Under the pieces are notes generated by a model. It made no database searches. It was not told the DNA's origin and saw nothing but the letters and a program-made list of their open reading frames with translations. DNA of 40,241 nt from Basidiobolus meristosporus CBS 931.73. Taxonomy: Eukaryota > Fungi > Basidiobolomycota. Both the position numbers and the translations under genes were made by a program. Location of the stretch: the NCBI GenBank assembly GCA_002104905.1, contig MCFE01000744.1, positions 1 to 40,241 on the forward strand. The letters are read 5' to 3'. Positions 1-11,599 of the stretch are shown here, piece after piece; positions within the stretch are counted from its first letter, which is position 1, and each line of letters opens with the position of its first letter.

Positions 1-1375
1 TGCAGAGTTACCATTTACAATGTATTGCAGGTGATATATGCATTTCGCAAACATCTGTTTGGTTGCCACCACTTGTGCTGTGAATACCTCTGAATATCTG
101 CAAAGAACCTATTGGCATTTAGCAAATATATTCTTTCTCCCAGTGGGGCTCTAGTCCACCTTATGGGAGCATCCTGGCACTTGTTGTGCAAATTCCATAT
201 TCAAAGGTGTAGAAACTGGCTTGCAAATAAGAGAAATCTGGAATATGCAGGTAGAGTTTGGCTAATAAATGTATGTTGCTTGTTACACTCAACCAAACTT
301 TACATTACCTAACTGATTACCCCCCACATTGGGGCTGCTTAGCTTCTTAATGCCATAGGCATAGGTGTCTCCATATGCACATTTATTCTTGGCTTTTTCC
401 AACTTTTCCTTGTTGTCCTCCATGTGCCAATTTATCATATTTGTGACAGACTTGAAGGTAATATTCTGATTGAGATTGAGATATGGTAGTAACTTCAACT
501 TCACTTGTCTGCCTAACTACCCATATGTCTGCTCCATAGGAAACTTTCAAAGGATGAAGCAAGGTTCAATATTCTCAACACACAAAGCAAGATGGAGTAG
601 CAAATGGATGCAGTAGTGACAGAGATCCGCACATTCAGCTTTATGTTTGTAGCTTAGCCGCTAAAATCCCATCACAAAGTCTTTGCATTAAAGCTGTAGA
701 TGCGTCAAGTTGGCATTGGTAATCTACTTCTCTATAAATATTCCTACAATGTAAACAAATAGCCCCAATGCTTCCAATATACTCTTAGTAGAAATGACTG
801 CAAAAGGCTACTAAGTAAACACATATACAGTTCATCCAGCCCTTGCTCTTACAGATACCCTCTATCTTGGGTATCTCCAGTTTCTAATTAACTCTATATT
901 ACAGCCAATGGCTTATAGCTTGCCAACTTTGCTGCAATTGAATGCTGATTTCCATAGATTCTCTCTGCGGAAAGATGATGCTCTTGGTATCAGTGCTTGG
1001 GTAATAATAATGTGTCTCAGGTATGGAGTAAGTCCTCTGGATCTCACACATTGAGAGCAATACCACCCATGGTGCCCAGAAGCACCAGTTATTCTGCTGA
1101 TGGCCGTGGTATCTCTTACCCTGATAAAACATGCACTTTGATATGATGGCCATTTATTGTTATCCTGCTCAAAGCATACAAAATACAACCAGCAATGCAT
1201 ACAGGTAGCTGTGCAGGTTGGATGGTGATTTAGGCCCAGATGCCTGTGAGACCACCAACATATTTCTGTTCTAATGCTTTGAGATAGGTGGTATATTCAA
1301 GTTCATGAGAATCCATTGCCTGCAGAATTTACTTGTAGAGTACTTGTTGAATGAGAATCCATCAAGTGCCAAGGC
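1..1375 (-). pseudogene. CMC/CACTA (EnSpm, Tnp2/Transposase_21-like) transposase, copy 1, central and C-terminal part; degenerate, runs off the window start
   Basis: Fragments read DTTAISRITGASGHHGWYCSQC (GDxPA..K....GHNG..C..C motif) and QQSWQAISHWL. Colinear with the better-preserved copy at 32430-34170. Cut at 1375/1376 by a gypsy LTR. Confidence 0.88.
262..320 (-). other. Putative 59-nt spliceosomal intron in transposase copy 1
   Basis: GTAATC...TTATTAG on the minus strand. Same position, length and phase as 32840-32898. Removing it joins the SSPNVG frame to the KLYLHIPDF frame. Confidence 0.6.
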
Positions 1376-1745
1376 TGTCACAAGTCTTGGTATAAGAATT
1401 GTAGAGGAATAGGGAGTTTAGCTAGTGTTATATTCACTAAAGCTTGAGCTGATTTTTATTGAGGCTCCAGCAGCTCCTTATATACATTTTTGCCAGATTA
1501 ACTGCTGACTAAATGTATACCCTAATGTAGATTGTGGCAGATGACACATTTGATTGCATCATCACCACCCAATAAGATCCTACTTAATTTTTCTACTCCT
1601 TTCTGATAAGGATCTGCTGATTCATCTGCTGACTAATGCTACTGATTTGATAGACAACACTGATATACTGATAGGCTAAATGTATAACTAATTGATCTGA
1701 CTACAAACTGATCCAACCTAAACATTCAATCAGTAGAACAAAACA
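1376..1745 (-). repeat. G1 3' LTR (370 bp)
   Basis: TG...CA termini. Homologous to 6048-6198 and 10281-10649. Minus-strand TATATAA near 1478-1484. Adjacent to the PPT. Confidence 0.93.
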
Positions 1746-1755
1746 TTTTCCCCTA
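1746..1755 (-). promoter_or_regulatory. G1 polypurine tract
   Basis: TAGGGGAAAA on the minus strand immediately before the TG of the 3' LTR and right after the pol stop. Confidence 0.8.
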
Positions 1756-4700
1756 CTAAAGTGGAGAGGATTCTCCTGAATCTCTTTTCTTATGACACCA
1801 ATGTCTTGATGGTTCACTATTGTTGGCAAGTCTTGCAAGCTTGAGTATGTCTCCATGAGCTAAATCTTCCTGGATATTCCCTTGTTTATCCACTAATTGG
1901 TAAGTTGTAAGTGCACATTCTCTGATGATCTTAAAAGGTCCTGTCCATTCTGGCTCAAACTTCTTCCAAGCATTGTTTCTCAACACTACAAAGTTCCAAA
2001 CTGTCAATGATTCTGGTGATATAGTATTATCAAATCTCTGATTCAACTTTTCTGCACTTTGGAATACTTTGGCCTGTGCCTCTTGAAGCATTTGTTCCAG
2101 CTGATGGTGTCTACTTGGCTGACTGAGCTCAGCTTCTAAGGCATCTGTAAAATTTGCTTGCGTGAGATCTCCTGGAATCCTTGGTTCACATCCATGCAGT
2201 AGACTTGTTCCATCATTCCAGCTGATCATATTGCCCAATAGTGCCATAGCATGCCAGATGGTGCCATACAGTGCCAATTTGGGATCAAAATTGACATGCA
2301 TATGATCCTAAAATATCAAATCAATAACAAAATATACAGCACTTTCTGGCACTATGATCAATGGCACAATGGAACAAGTCTACTAAGTAAAATAGCAATT
2401 GTTGGGTGGTGTTGTGTACTCTAACTCTGCATGCAAAAAGTGCTTGGTCTATATACTCATCCCATCTACTGACAGCTCCATTTGCATACCTGGTCAGCAT
2501 TTTCCCAAGTAATCCATTAAACAGCTCAGTGACTCCATTAGTTCTAAGGTGATATGCTAATGTTTTCAAGTGTCTGATGTGCGGCATTTCCAGGTAAGCT
2601 TCTAGTGTCTTTGCCATAAGGATTGCTACTATATTAGTTTTAATCTCTACAGGGCATCCAAACTTCATAAGGATTGCATGGTAGATGAAACTTGCAACTT
2701 CTTGTTCACTGGCTACAGGTACTGCTTTAGCCACTGGCCATTTGTGGCATGGCCAATTGCTACTAGGATCCAACAGTCACATTTCCTGGTTGTTGGCAGT
2801 CTTCCAAAAGAAGTCAATTCCCCATCTTTCAAATGGTCCTACTGGCTCCAAGGGAAAGAGTTTGGCAGTACTTTGTGGCTGCCCTTGATGGATTTGGCAT
2901 CATGGGCAGGTTATCACCAGCTTCTCAATATCTTGTTTCATTCTGGGCCACCATGCTCTAGCTTTCACAAGGCTATAGGTTACTTCAATACCAAGATGTC
3001 CATAACCACAGTGTAGCTTATGTATTAAATTCAGGCAGGCAACATAAGGACAATAGGCAATAGGGCTTCCATCAACAACTTGGTAGAGTGCTGCATCCTG
3101 AACCACAAATTTGCTGGCTTCATCCCAGATTATCTTCTTAATCTCTTTATCCACCTCATAAGGAGTGGCTAGGTCCTCCCAGTACTTTGGTAATAAGCTA
3201 GGCCAATGTGATTCATTCTCTAAGTTGAGTTGTGCAACTTGTTCTAGTCATGATAAGGCATCAGCAGCAGTGTTGTTTTTCCCAGGGCAGTAGAAAATCT
3301 CCTAATCAAATTGCTGAATGTATTCACTCCATCCTCTCATTCTGTTGGAGAGTAACTTTTAACTAAATACACACTTAAGCAAGGCATGTTCAGTCTTCAC
3401 ATTGCATTTGACTCCTATAGCATCACCATGTCTTCAAGCAGTGTATTATAGCAAACATCTTCTTCTCATGCACTGGATAGCTTTGTGCTGCTGAGTTCAG
3501 CTTCTTGGATTCAAAGGCAACTGGGTAGTCCTTTCCTTCATGTTCTTGGCTCAATACTCCACCAATTGCAAAAACTAAAGCATCTGTGCACAGAGTAAAC
3601 TCTTTTCTGAAGTCAGGTATTCTTAAGCTTGGCAGCTTAGCAAGTTCATTCTTCAGCATCAGGAAGGCAGTCTCACAAGCTATGTCCCACTTGTGGGTAC
3701 TGTCTTTCTTGAGGATATCAGTTAAAGGGGCTGCAATACTTGCAAAGGACTTGACAAATCTCTAATAATAGAAAACCATTCCAAGGATTGATCTGAGCTC
3801 TGATATGCTATAGGGCTGCTTCAGATTCTTGATAGCTTCAACATTCTTAAGGTCTAAAGTCACTCCTGTACTAGTCACTATGTGTCCCAGATATTCAATG
3901 TAATCCTTGAGGAATTAACACTTGGATAGCTTGCCATGTAGTTTATTCTCTCTTAGCTTCTTCAAGACCTTTTCAATGTGCACCATATGATCCTATTCTG
4001 TCTAGCTGTATATCAATTTGTCACCTAGGTGCATTATCACAAACTTGTTCAAGTACTCCTGGAAGATAGTGTGCATCAGGGTCATGCATTTTGTAAGGGC
4101 AGTAATTATGCCAAAACCCATGACTAAGCGCTTGTAATATCCATATCTAGTCCTGAATGCTGTCTTAGGGATGTCTTCTGGCTTCACCCTAATCTGGTTG
4201 TATCCTAACATGAGGTTAATCTTGCAGAAAATAGAGGCTCCATTGAGTTGATCCAAAAGCTCATCAATCCAAGGTATGGGGTACGTATTCTTCACAACAA
4301 CTGAGTTGCAGGCTCTGTAGTCAATGTACATCCCAAGTGTCCCATCCTTCTTCTTCAGAAAAAGTACTGGTGCTACTCAAGGTGACTTGCTGGGTCTGAT
4401 ATATCCTTGCTCCAATAGCTGATCTATTTGTCGCTAGATCTCTTCTAACTGCAATGACCTCATTCTGTAAGGTTTTGTACTCACTGGAGGGCTATCTCCT
4501 GTGTCATTGGCATGATCTGCATCTCTGACAGGTGGTAGGCTTACAAGTTGATCTGGAAATATGTCTGAATATTCCTTCTGAAGAGCCAGGACTTTTTGGG
4601 GTACTGGAGTAGAGGGATCCTTTTGTAATACTGCCATGAGGAACATCTGGGTGCCTTTTCTGAGTGCTCTACAGAACTGTGACTTGCAAAGTTCACTTGT

Positions 4701-5040
4701 TTAACATACACTGGAATTGACCAAGTTGAAATCCAGTCTGGCAGGTAATAGCCCATAGGTCTTGTTATCCTTGTGGATCTGAGTGGCAATATATATAGGC
4801 CTGTAGGTTGTCTTCATAGTCATTGATCTATATCCTTACTGGCTGAGTAATACAGTTGATTATGTGGGATTGCCCATCAGCTGTTGAGACTGAAGTTGAT
4901 TTGGTAGGTTCTGAGTTGATTCCAGCTTTCAAAGCAAATTGCTCTGACATGTACTCAAACAATGCTCCTAAGTCAATCATGATCTTGGCAGTTACTCCAT
5001 CTATTACTCCTTTCAAATATAATAGCTTTCCTGAGTTTAG
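1756..5040 (-). pseudogene. pol: G1-A pol (protease-RT-RNase H-integrase), with many stops and frameshifts
   Basis: Protease IMIDLGA (from DSG). RT MYIDYRA..N, YPIP.IDELLD, KTAFRTRYG, YLDD decayed to HLGD. RNase H LCTDA...GGVLSQ..PVAFESKKL. H2C2 HCGYGHLG...WWPRM..C. Integrase KWPVAKAVP, AYHLRTNG.TE, WTGPF. Confidence 0.93.
2198..2384. mobile_element. MITE-like non-autonomous element, 187 bp, inserted in the G1-A integrase
   Basis: Perfect 16-bp TIR AGTAGACTTGTTCCAT (2198-2213) / ATGGAACAAGTCTACT (2369-2384), extending imperfectly to about 45 bp. Splits the integrase motif FYL|LHGCEPRIPGD. Confidence 0.85.
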
Positions 5041-5989
5041 GTCATCTGGGATTGGTATTCTTTTGTCATATGGAAGGTGAGTTCTGAGTCTTCTTCAAGT
5101 TCATCCTTCATGTTACTTTGCTTAAGGGCTTCAATATGGCTGAAGGTTCTTGATGGCTTGTGTCCATTTCTTCTTGGAGGGCAGTACTTTGCAATATGTC
5201 CCTGCTGGTGGCAATTGAAGCAAAGTCCTTTCTTCTTATGTTCTTCTGAGGTAGGATTCTTCTGCATAGCATCTATTTCCATTGGCTCTACTTCTAATTT
5301 TCTTCTTTCATAATGATTGTAGCCTCTGTGATTGGTCATTGTGGGCTTTCCAGCTCCAAATGTAGTTGAGTCATAGTCAATGGCAATCTTGATAGCTTCT
5401 TCAGTGGTCTGGGGTCTTTGATAATTCACTTTCTTGCAAGTTCTTTTTTTCAATCCATCAATAAAGTATTCCACTTGATCCAGGGGGTCCAATCCTTCAA
5501 TTTGTCCAAGTGGATATCTTTATTCATAGATATACTCTTGAACCATTCCTCTCTGTCTGAGTGTCTTCAACTTTCTTTGTAGTAGTGTCTGCAGGTGTGG
5601 AGGTTCAAAAGTATCCTGAATTTCCAACACAAACTCATTCCAGGTAGAGATTTAGAGCATCCCATCTTGGTGGCTGACCTGATCTTGCTGTGGTACCACT
5701 GTAGAGCTGCATCTGCCAGGTAAGAGGCTGCATACTGTAACCTGCTTTCTGGAGCAATTTCCTTAGCCCTGAAAGCTTCTTCAATTTGGAAGAGCCAAGT
5801 TGCCAGGTTTTCATTGACTCTATCATGGTACCGGTTGACCTTCACACTAAGATTGTTCTTGACAGAGTTTTGCTTGCATTGGGCCATGGTAGTCATTCCC
5901 TGTTGCTGCTGGCTAAGAATCTGGCGTAACTGTTGCTGTTGTGCCAGTATTTGCTGCATAGCATTCTTCCATTCTTGATTTTCAGACAT
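5037..5989 (-). pseudogene. gag: G1-A gag
   Basis: MSENQEW start. Capsid-like RYH..VNENLATWLFQIEEAF...AASYLADAALQWY. Zinc knuckle CFNCHQQGHIAKYC. Contains a frameshift. Confidence 0.9.
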
Positions 5990-6037
5990 CTTGAGGGAGG
6001 CTTCTTCTTTCTTCAGGAGGGAGGTCCCGGGTTGTTG

Positions 6038-6046
6038 CTGCTACCA
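6038..6046 (-). promoter_or_regulatory. G1 primer binding site, probably for the tRNA-iMet 3' end
   Basis: TGGTAGCAG one base downstream of the LTR end (...TAACA T TGGTAGCAG). TGG pairs with the tRNA CCA end. Confidence 0.75.
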
Positions 6047-6047
6047 A

Positions 6048-6198
6048 TGTTACAAGTCCTGGTATAAGAGTTGCAGAGGAATAGGGAGTTTAGCTAGTAT
6101 TGTATTCACTAAAACTTGAACTGATTTTTATTGAGGCTTCAGCTGCTGCTTATATACATTTTTGCCAGGTCAATTGCTGACTCAATGTATTTCCTAAC
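6048..6198 (-). repeat. G1 5' LTR remnant (about 150 of 370 bp)
   Basis: Matches 1376-1525, then switches abruptly to CACTA transposase sequence equivalent to position 34914. Confidence 0.9.
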
Positions 6199-6535
6199 AG
6201 AAGTATCAAGTGGCTGGCAAGATATTGTTGGTACAATGGCAACTGGTTAATTGTTATATATGACTTGTGTGATAAAACACTATCTATGATCCTTGCAATA
6301 CTACCTATGCTGTCTGCATGCTTCATGGCTGAGAGGCTTGCTACAATAGCCACATGGTCTTTTTTCTCTTCTCTTATGGCATTGAATCAAGGTAGTCTTG
6401 TCCATTGGGCAAACAGTTTAACACTAAACAGAGTAGCACTCTAATATCACTTTTTTGTCAATAATCATGTGAATATAAGACAATCAGGTATTGACACATT
6501 GCACTTACATGAATGCAGGATTCAATGATGACCTG
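6199..6535 (-). pseudogene. CACTA-like transposase copy 1, 5' fragment
   Basis: Colinear with 34914-35255, including the RPCGYC N-terminal CxxC region. Confidence 0.85.
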
Positions 6536-6568
6536 CCATAGTAAGCATTATAAGTAGAGCTGTGGTAC

Positions 6569-6917
6569 TGTTGTAAGAGTCTTGGTGATATTGGAAGTGA
6601 TTGGGAGGACAAGTAGATTATGTGGTTTTCACCTAATGATTTATTGAATGTAAAAGTAGTATTTATGCTTTTACCTGATCTTGGCATTACAAACACGTAG
6701 AATAGGTTAAGGAAGGTTCCAAGAACATGTGTGCAAAGTTGGGGGCTGTTTGGACAACTTTGATAATTTTCATGTTCTGGGTACCTGGTATATTGGTGAA
6801 AATATTGTAAGTAAATCCCAACAAGGAATTTGGTCAGTATTCTCTAGGATTTGAAGGTAATGATCTAAGTGACTAGGTTAGGTGAATATATAGGTGGAAA
6901 TACAAATTTTTACAATA
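6569..6917. mobile_element. Solo LTR, family L3 (349 bp)
   Basis: TGTTGTAA...TTACAATA inverted termini and perfect 5-bp TSD GGTAC (6564-6568 and 6918-6922). Absent at the paralogous site near 35280. Sister copy at 31437-31696. Confidence 0.85.
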
Positions 6918-6979
6918 GGTACAACATACACACATTTCAGAAACACCATTTCCCCTTTAGTTTAACCCACTTCACATAT

Positions 6980-8805
6980 ATGCCACCAAAGCATAACACA
7001 AAGTTATCTGGTTCCCAACCAAACCCCACTGCTGACAGCAGCAGAAGAATGGTTAGACAACAGCTTGCTTTGACATTCAGTGCTTCAAGCAGGGTTAGAA
7101 CCAATAAGGCCCTGTGGACAGTGTGGCCACTGAAAGAAATAATGCAGGCTCCTGAGGCTCTCAGTCTATTAGGTAATTAGGAATCTCTGTGGAGCTGCAA
7201 GTGGACCACAATGCTGAGGCAGATGAGACTGTATCAAAAGCAGTATCTTTAGTTGAAGACCAGCAAGTGGCTATCTTAATGTTACCACTACCCATATTAG
7301 CAATTTTGTTGTCACCACATACCAAAACATTTTTCAAGTAACTAGGTGCAGTGGCTGATAGGATAGATAAAATGACCCAGAGAAATCTGAAAATAGTTCA
7401 GAGGCAGGACAAGCAGGTAAGAGGTATATAGCAATCAATATCTCAGGTAGAGAAAGCAGTATTTTTGCTGCAAAGAAGGAACTCAAGTAGCTCAACCTCA
7501 CACCCAAGTATTGAGCCATATCCTGTATGACAGCAGAGGGACACTGCACAGTCTTTGAAGCACAACAACAGTGCCCAAGATAAAGCCTACAGAGAGAACT
7601 ATTATGGCATGGGAGGGAGAAATGTAGTGCTAGTACCAAAGCTTTAAGATCTCAAGACACTGAAGATATGTGAAGCTGTTGATTGTAATGGTAAAGAGTG
7701 GACTAATATTCAAGAGGTAGTCAGAAGTCTAGCAAGCTGACAGTTCATGGCCAGCATACTATGAGACCATAAGGAACTCAAGGCCAAGCAGAATGTGCTT
7801 GACTTGCTCCATGAACATTATCCTGGACTAAAACAAGCATACCAATTTGGGTTGGCATTGGTATACTATGGAATTATCTCAAGAATTGCAGAAAGTGTCA
7901 AAGGCACAAGAGCAAGGGTGCAATTGCTAATAACCAGTGACTTCCACAAGAGCCTGCTACAAGAAGGGTCAAATGCTCAAAACAAGCATCAATGAGATAT
8001 CAGGTAACCAGAGCAGTTTCAATCAGGGCAAAGCAGGCAGACACAAATGCACCAGATCAACAGCTACCAAGTAAAAGTGTAGTTTTACTCAAGAAGAACT
8101 CAGTTGAAGTGGTAGTGAAGGACCTGGCAGTGATAAAAACAGGCAGCTACTTCAGGTGCCAATCATAGCATGGCTAAGAGCTTGAAACAAGCAGAAAGGA
8201 AGCATCAGGTTGCCTTTGGAGTGCCAGTAACAGACAAGCAGGCCAAAACAGATGCATCAGAGGAGATGTAGTGCAATACATGAAGAACTCACTCAAAGAA
8301 GCAGTGAAAGACCTGGCTTGGACTAACAAACAGGTGAAGAGAAAAAGTCTGCCCAAGCTATAGGCCAGAAAACATGACAAAAAAGGTGCAGTTCTTGCCA
8401 ATTAATGCTCTAAGCCCAGAATAGACTGATTTCCATCATAGCCAAGAAGATTTACCAATAAGAAGACAGCTGTATTCAGAAAAGTTGGAAGCACAGCTGG
8501 TTGAGCTATGCTCTAGTGAGGTAGATGGGTTTTCAGAGAAAGACTACTTGTCTACTACAGCCTCCATGTCCTTCATTGTCAATAGAGTGGATATCCCACT
8601 GACATACAAATTTGCAATGTCAAGAACTCAAAAGGTTATTGCAATGCCTGCAGAGGAGTTTTGGAACATTAATTGGCACACTGAGAGGTTGGTGACTTTT
8701 TCAAGAGTACTGCTTAGGAAAACTCACTTGAATATTGCAAGGATTTATTGCAAAACCTGGCAGATGAGAAGCTAGACCTTGTAGAAGCAGCTGAAGACCA
8801 GGACA
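6980..8805 (+). pseudogene. Transposon-associated accessory gene of unknown function, copy 1
   Basis: Starts MPPKHNTKLSGSQPNPTADSSRRMVRQQLALT. Homologous to 35343-36137 (+) and 30400-31971 (-). Head-to-head with the transposase. Many stops and frameshifts. Confidence 0.75.
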
Positions 8806-8809
8806 CATG

Positions 8810-9530
8810 GGATCCAAGGAATGATTCTGGTAGTTCTGCTCTGAAGTGTGTGTGTTGACCTGATATGTATTGACTCAATGCAGGGTGCTTTTGTGAGGGG
8901 TGCTGATATAGACAGGATTCACATGTTCAGGCATGCAACATTGCAGGGGATGGTAAGGGATCCAGCATGGTGTGCTGGCACTGTCCAGACTCAGTTGCTT
9001 ACGGTCTGTATTCTTTCTCTTGAAACTCACCTTTGAATTCCTCATTGTACTGACTTACCCTCTGTCTGATACTTTGGAAGTGTTACTTTAATAAGTCCTG
9101 TATGCATTGCTCTCTAAAGTCACTTGGCTCTACTCATATATCACACGGTGCATTAGTCATTTCAGGCAAAGACTCATTCAAAATATCTTAAATTCCCAAA
9201 GTTGTGGCACAAGTAGATGCATCTGGCATATATTGTGTATATTGCTCATGGAATTGTTTGTGTGCAGCTTCATCATTGTATTCCCCCACTCTCAGCTCAT
9301 TCTTAATATCAATACTTGTCTTGTTATATATCTTATTACATGCATCTGCTAATATCTTGATGTAGAACTGTTGACACAGCTTTCTCCTCCAATTCTTCCA
9401 GTTCTGTCAGCTCTATGATGTATCCAGCTCTGCTAGATCAATGAGTAGTGCCCTTATATCTGTATTAAGGCTTATCATAGACACTTGAGCAATACTAAAA
9501 TCTATTGACAAGGACATGAATGCATCCAAC
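8810..9530 (-). pseudogene. Unidentified degenerate reading frame, possibly retroelement gag-like
   Basis: One frame of about 240 codons with scattered stops: MLDAFMSLSIDFSIAQV...NWKNWRRKLCQQFY...YNEEFKGEFQEKEY. The resemblance to a gag W..F...L...F helix is by eye only. Confidence 0.3.
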
Positions 9531-9853
9531 ATTCACTTTCTTAGTCTGGACCTTGCTTGTCAGCTGGGGGATGGGTTTTGTCTAGGTTGTACTAAAGATG
9601 AGTTAGGATTTGTTATAGGGACAAAAGTGATGGATTTTGATACCTATATAATAGTATATTGGTATCAAACTTGTCCTGTATCAAGTGTATATGCAAACTG
9701 ATGTAATTGTTGAATTTCCATATGTTATGCATGATGCAACTTGGATTGCATTGACACAGATGAGATTGCATCAATTGGAGATTTCCTATTTGATTATAGA
9801 CTAGTGAGTAAGTCATGAATAAAGCCACCAAGTCACTGTTTGAGGAAGATTTT

Positions 9854-9899
9854 TACAACATAATGATGGGATACATTACAACATAATGATGGGATACAT
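9854..9899. repeat. Perfect 23-bp tandem duplication
   Basis: TACAACATAATGATGGGATACAT occurs twice in tandem. Confidence 0.95.
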
Positions 9900-10280
9900 G
9901 GTAATTGATAGAGGCTTAATTATAATGCATGGAAAATCAGATAAACTAAGCTGATGGTGCTAAATAAATCATATCACCTCTACTGGATTATGTACCAGCT
10001 TTGAGATGACCAACTCATCTGAATGGTCATTTCTCATTGATCTTATCACTAACACTGAATTTCTTTCAAATGAATGACTCAGTGAAAGCTTGGAATACTA
10101 GGCTTAAAAGCTCAATATACTTCCAAATCCCAGACTGTTCAGCAGCAGATTCCATATCAGGAGCATTTTGGATACCTTCCCACTCAGGATTAAAAGATAT
10201 TGTAGAGGGCAGAGACTCTGTTATTGTGGCAAATACAAGCCACACTGTGTGAAGATTCAAGCACTGCCTGACATTGAGGG

Positions 10281-10649
10281 TGTTACAAGTCTTGATATAA
10301 GTGTTGTAGAGAAAATGTAAGTTTAGCTAGTATTGTATTCACCAAAACTTGAGCTGATTCTTATAGAGGTTCCAGCAGCTCCTTATATACATTTTGCCAG
10401 ATCAATTGCTGACTCAATGTATTTCTTAATGTAGGCTGTGGCTGATGACTCATTTGATTGCATCATCATCACCCAATAAGATCCTTCTTAATATATCTAT
10501 TCCTGTTTGATAAGGATCTGCTGATTCATCTGCTGAGTAATGCTACTGATTTGATATATACACCTGATAAACTGATAAGCTAAACATACAACTAATTGAT
10601 TTGACTAAATATTGATCTAACTTAAACATTCAAGCTGTAGATCATAACA
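10281..10649 (-). mobile_element. G1 solo LTR (369 bp)
   Basis: Full-length match to 1376-1745 with TG...CA ends. No PBS or PPT adjacent. Degenerate 4-bp TSD AGGG/GGGG. Confidence 0.9.
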
Positions 10650-11599
10650 GGGGTAACATCATCTCATTTAGTGGGCCATTTACCAGAAGTAGGCATGACA
10701 AAGCACTCCAGGTAGAGCATCATCCAAAACTCAGTAAAGGGGAGAAATGTATGGCAAACTTAGCTTACATAGGAGAGGATTGCCAGAGATTAGGATGTAT
10801 GACTGCTCATGTTGAAATATTAGAGAGATATATTGGAAGTGAATTGGAGAATTAGAAGATTTACATGATATTCACTTGATGTTTTATTGAGTTGCAACAC
10901 AGTATTTATACCTATTGCAGAACTACGTAAATGCAACTATTTGGTCATTATTAGGGGAGTCTCAGGAGTACATGTGCCAAGTTTTGGCTCATTTGGACAA
11001 GTTTCAGATTTTCCTAAAATTCTGTACTTCTCTAATTCCCAATAATTAGTAAATATCTTACGGACTAATTTTCATGTTGATAATCTGAAATATATCATTT
11101 CACTAAGTGCTAGTTCATAATATATTAATAATTAGGTGGACTCCTAATTATTTCAACAGCTCATAGAAAGCCAAGGAATGAAGTGCGTAGCAGTAAGCAG
11201 AAGATATACAATGAAATGCTTACTCATTTCATAGTGATAGTAGAGCATGAACTTGAATATCTAAGGAAATTCAGCTTATTAGCAGGGAAATACAGAGAAA
11301 TGTCATTTATAGGAGAATACAGCAGAATAGGTAATATAGTTGAGATACTTATCAATGCACAGTATATTGATAAAAGAAGACACTGACTGAGAGAAATGTG
11401 TTGGAAGTATTAAGAAAGGTAATTAAAACAAGATAAGCACTGTTCTGAGCAACATAAGTAAGATTGAGTAAATATATCAGTAACTGTATCTAACCACTGG
11501 TATAATGGTAGAAGCTTGATTTACAAATTGTGCCATAGAGAGCCAGGTTGATCAGGCACTATAAACAGGCTGGCATTATGTGGTACCATCTAACCAAAA

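Larger units (their letters stand above)
1376..6198 (-). mobile_element. Ty3/gypsy LTR retrotransposon, family G1 copy A; near full length, degenerate, 5' LTR truncated; no chromodomain seen
   Basis: Order is 5' LTR remnant, PBS, gag with CCHC knuckle, protease, RT, RNase H, H2C2 zinc finger, integrase, PPT, 3' LTR. RT-RH-INT order defines gypsy. Inserted in the CACTA transposase. Confidence 0.95.

Noticed and set aside
5030-5075. Apparent programmed -1 frameshift between G1 gag and pol
   Set aside because: In copy C (26880-26990) gag and protease are in the same frame. Copy A simply lacks one base (ACCTAAAC vs ACCACAGAC).
10037-10252. FWIPSHSG resembling the non-LTR RNase H motif WxPxHxG
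   Set aside because: The following GNE.AD and upstream catalytic residues are absent, and the opposite strand has the longer open frame.
11110-11152. 10-bp hairpin (AATAATTAGG/CCTAATTATT) 13 nt from a CTAG, as a Helitron 3' end
   Set aside because: The stem is AT-rich, the next base is not T, and no Rep/helicase sequence or second copy is present.
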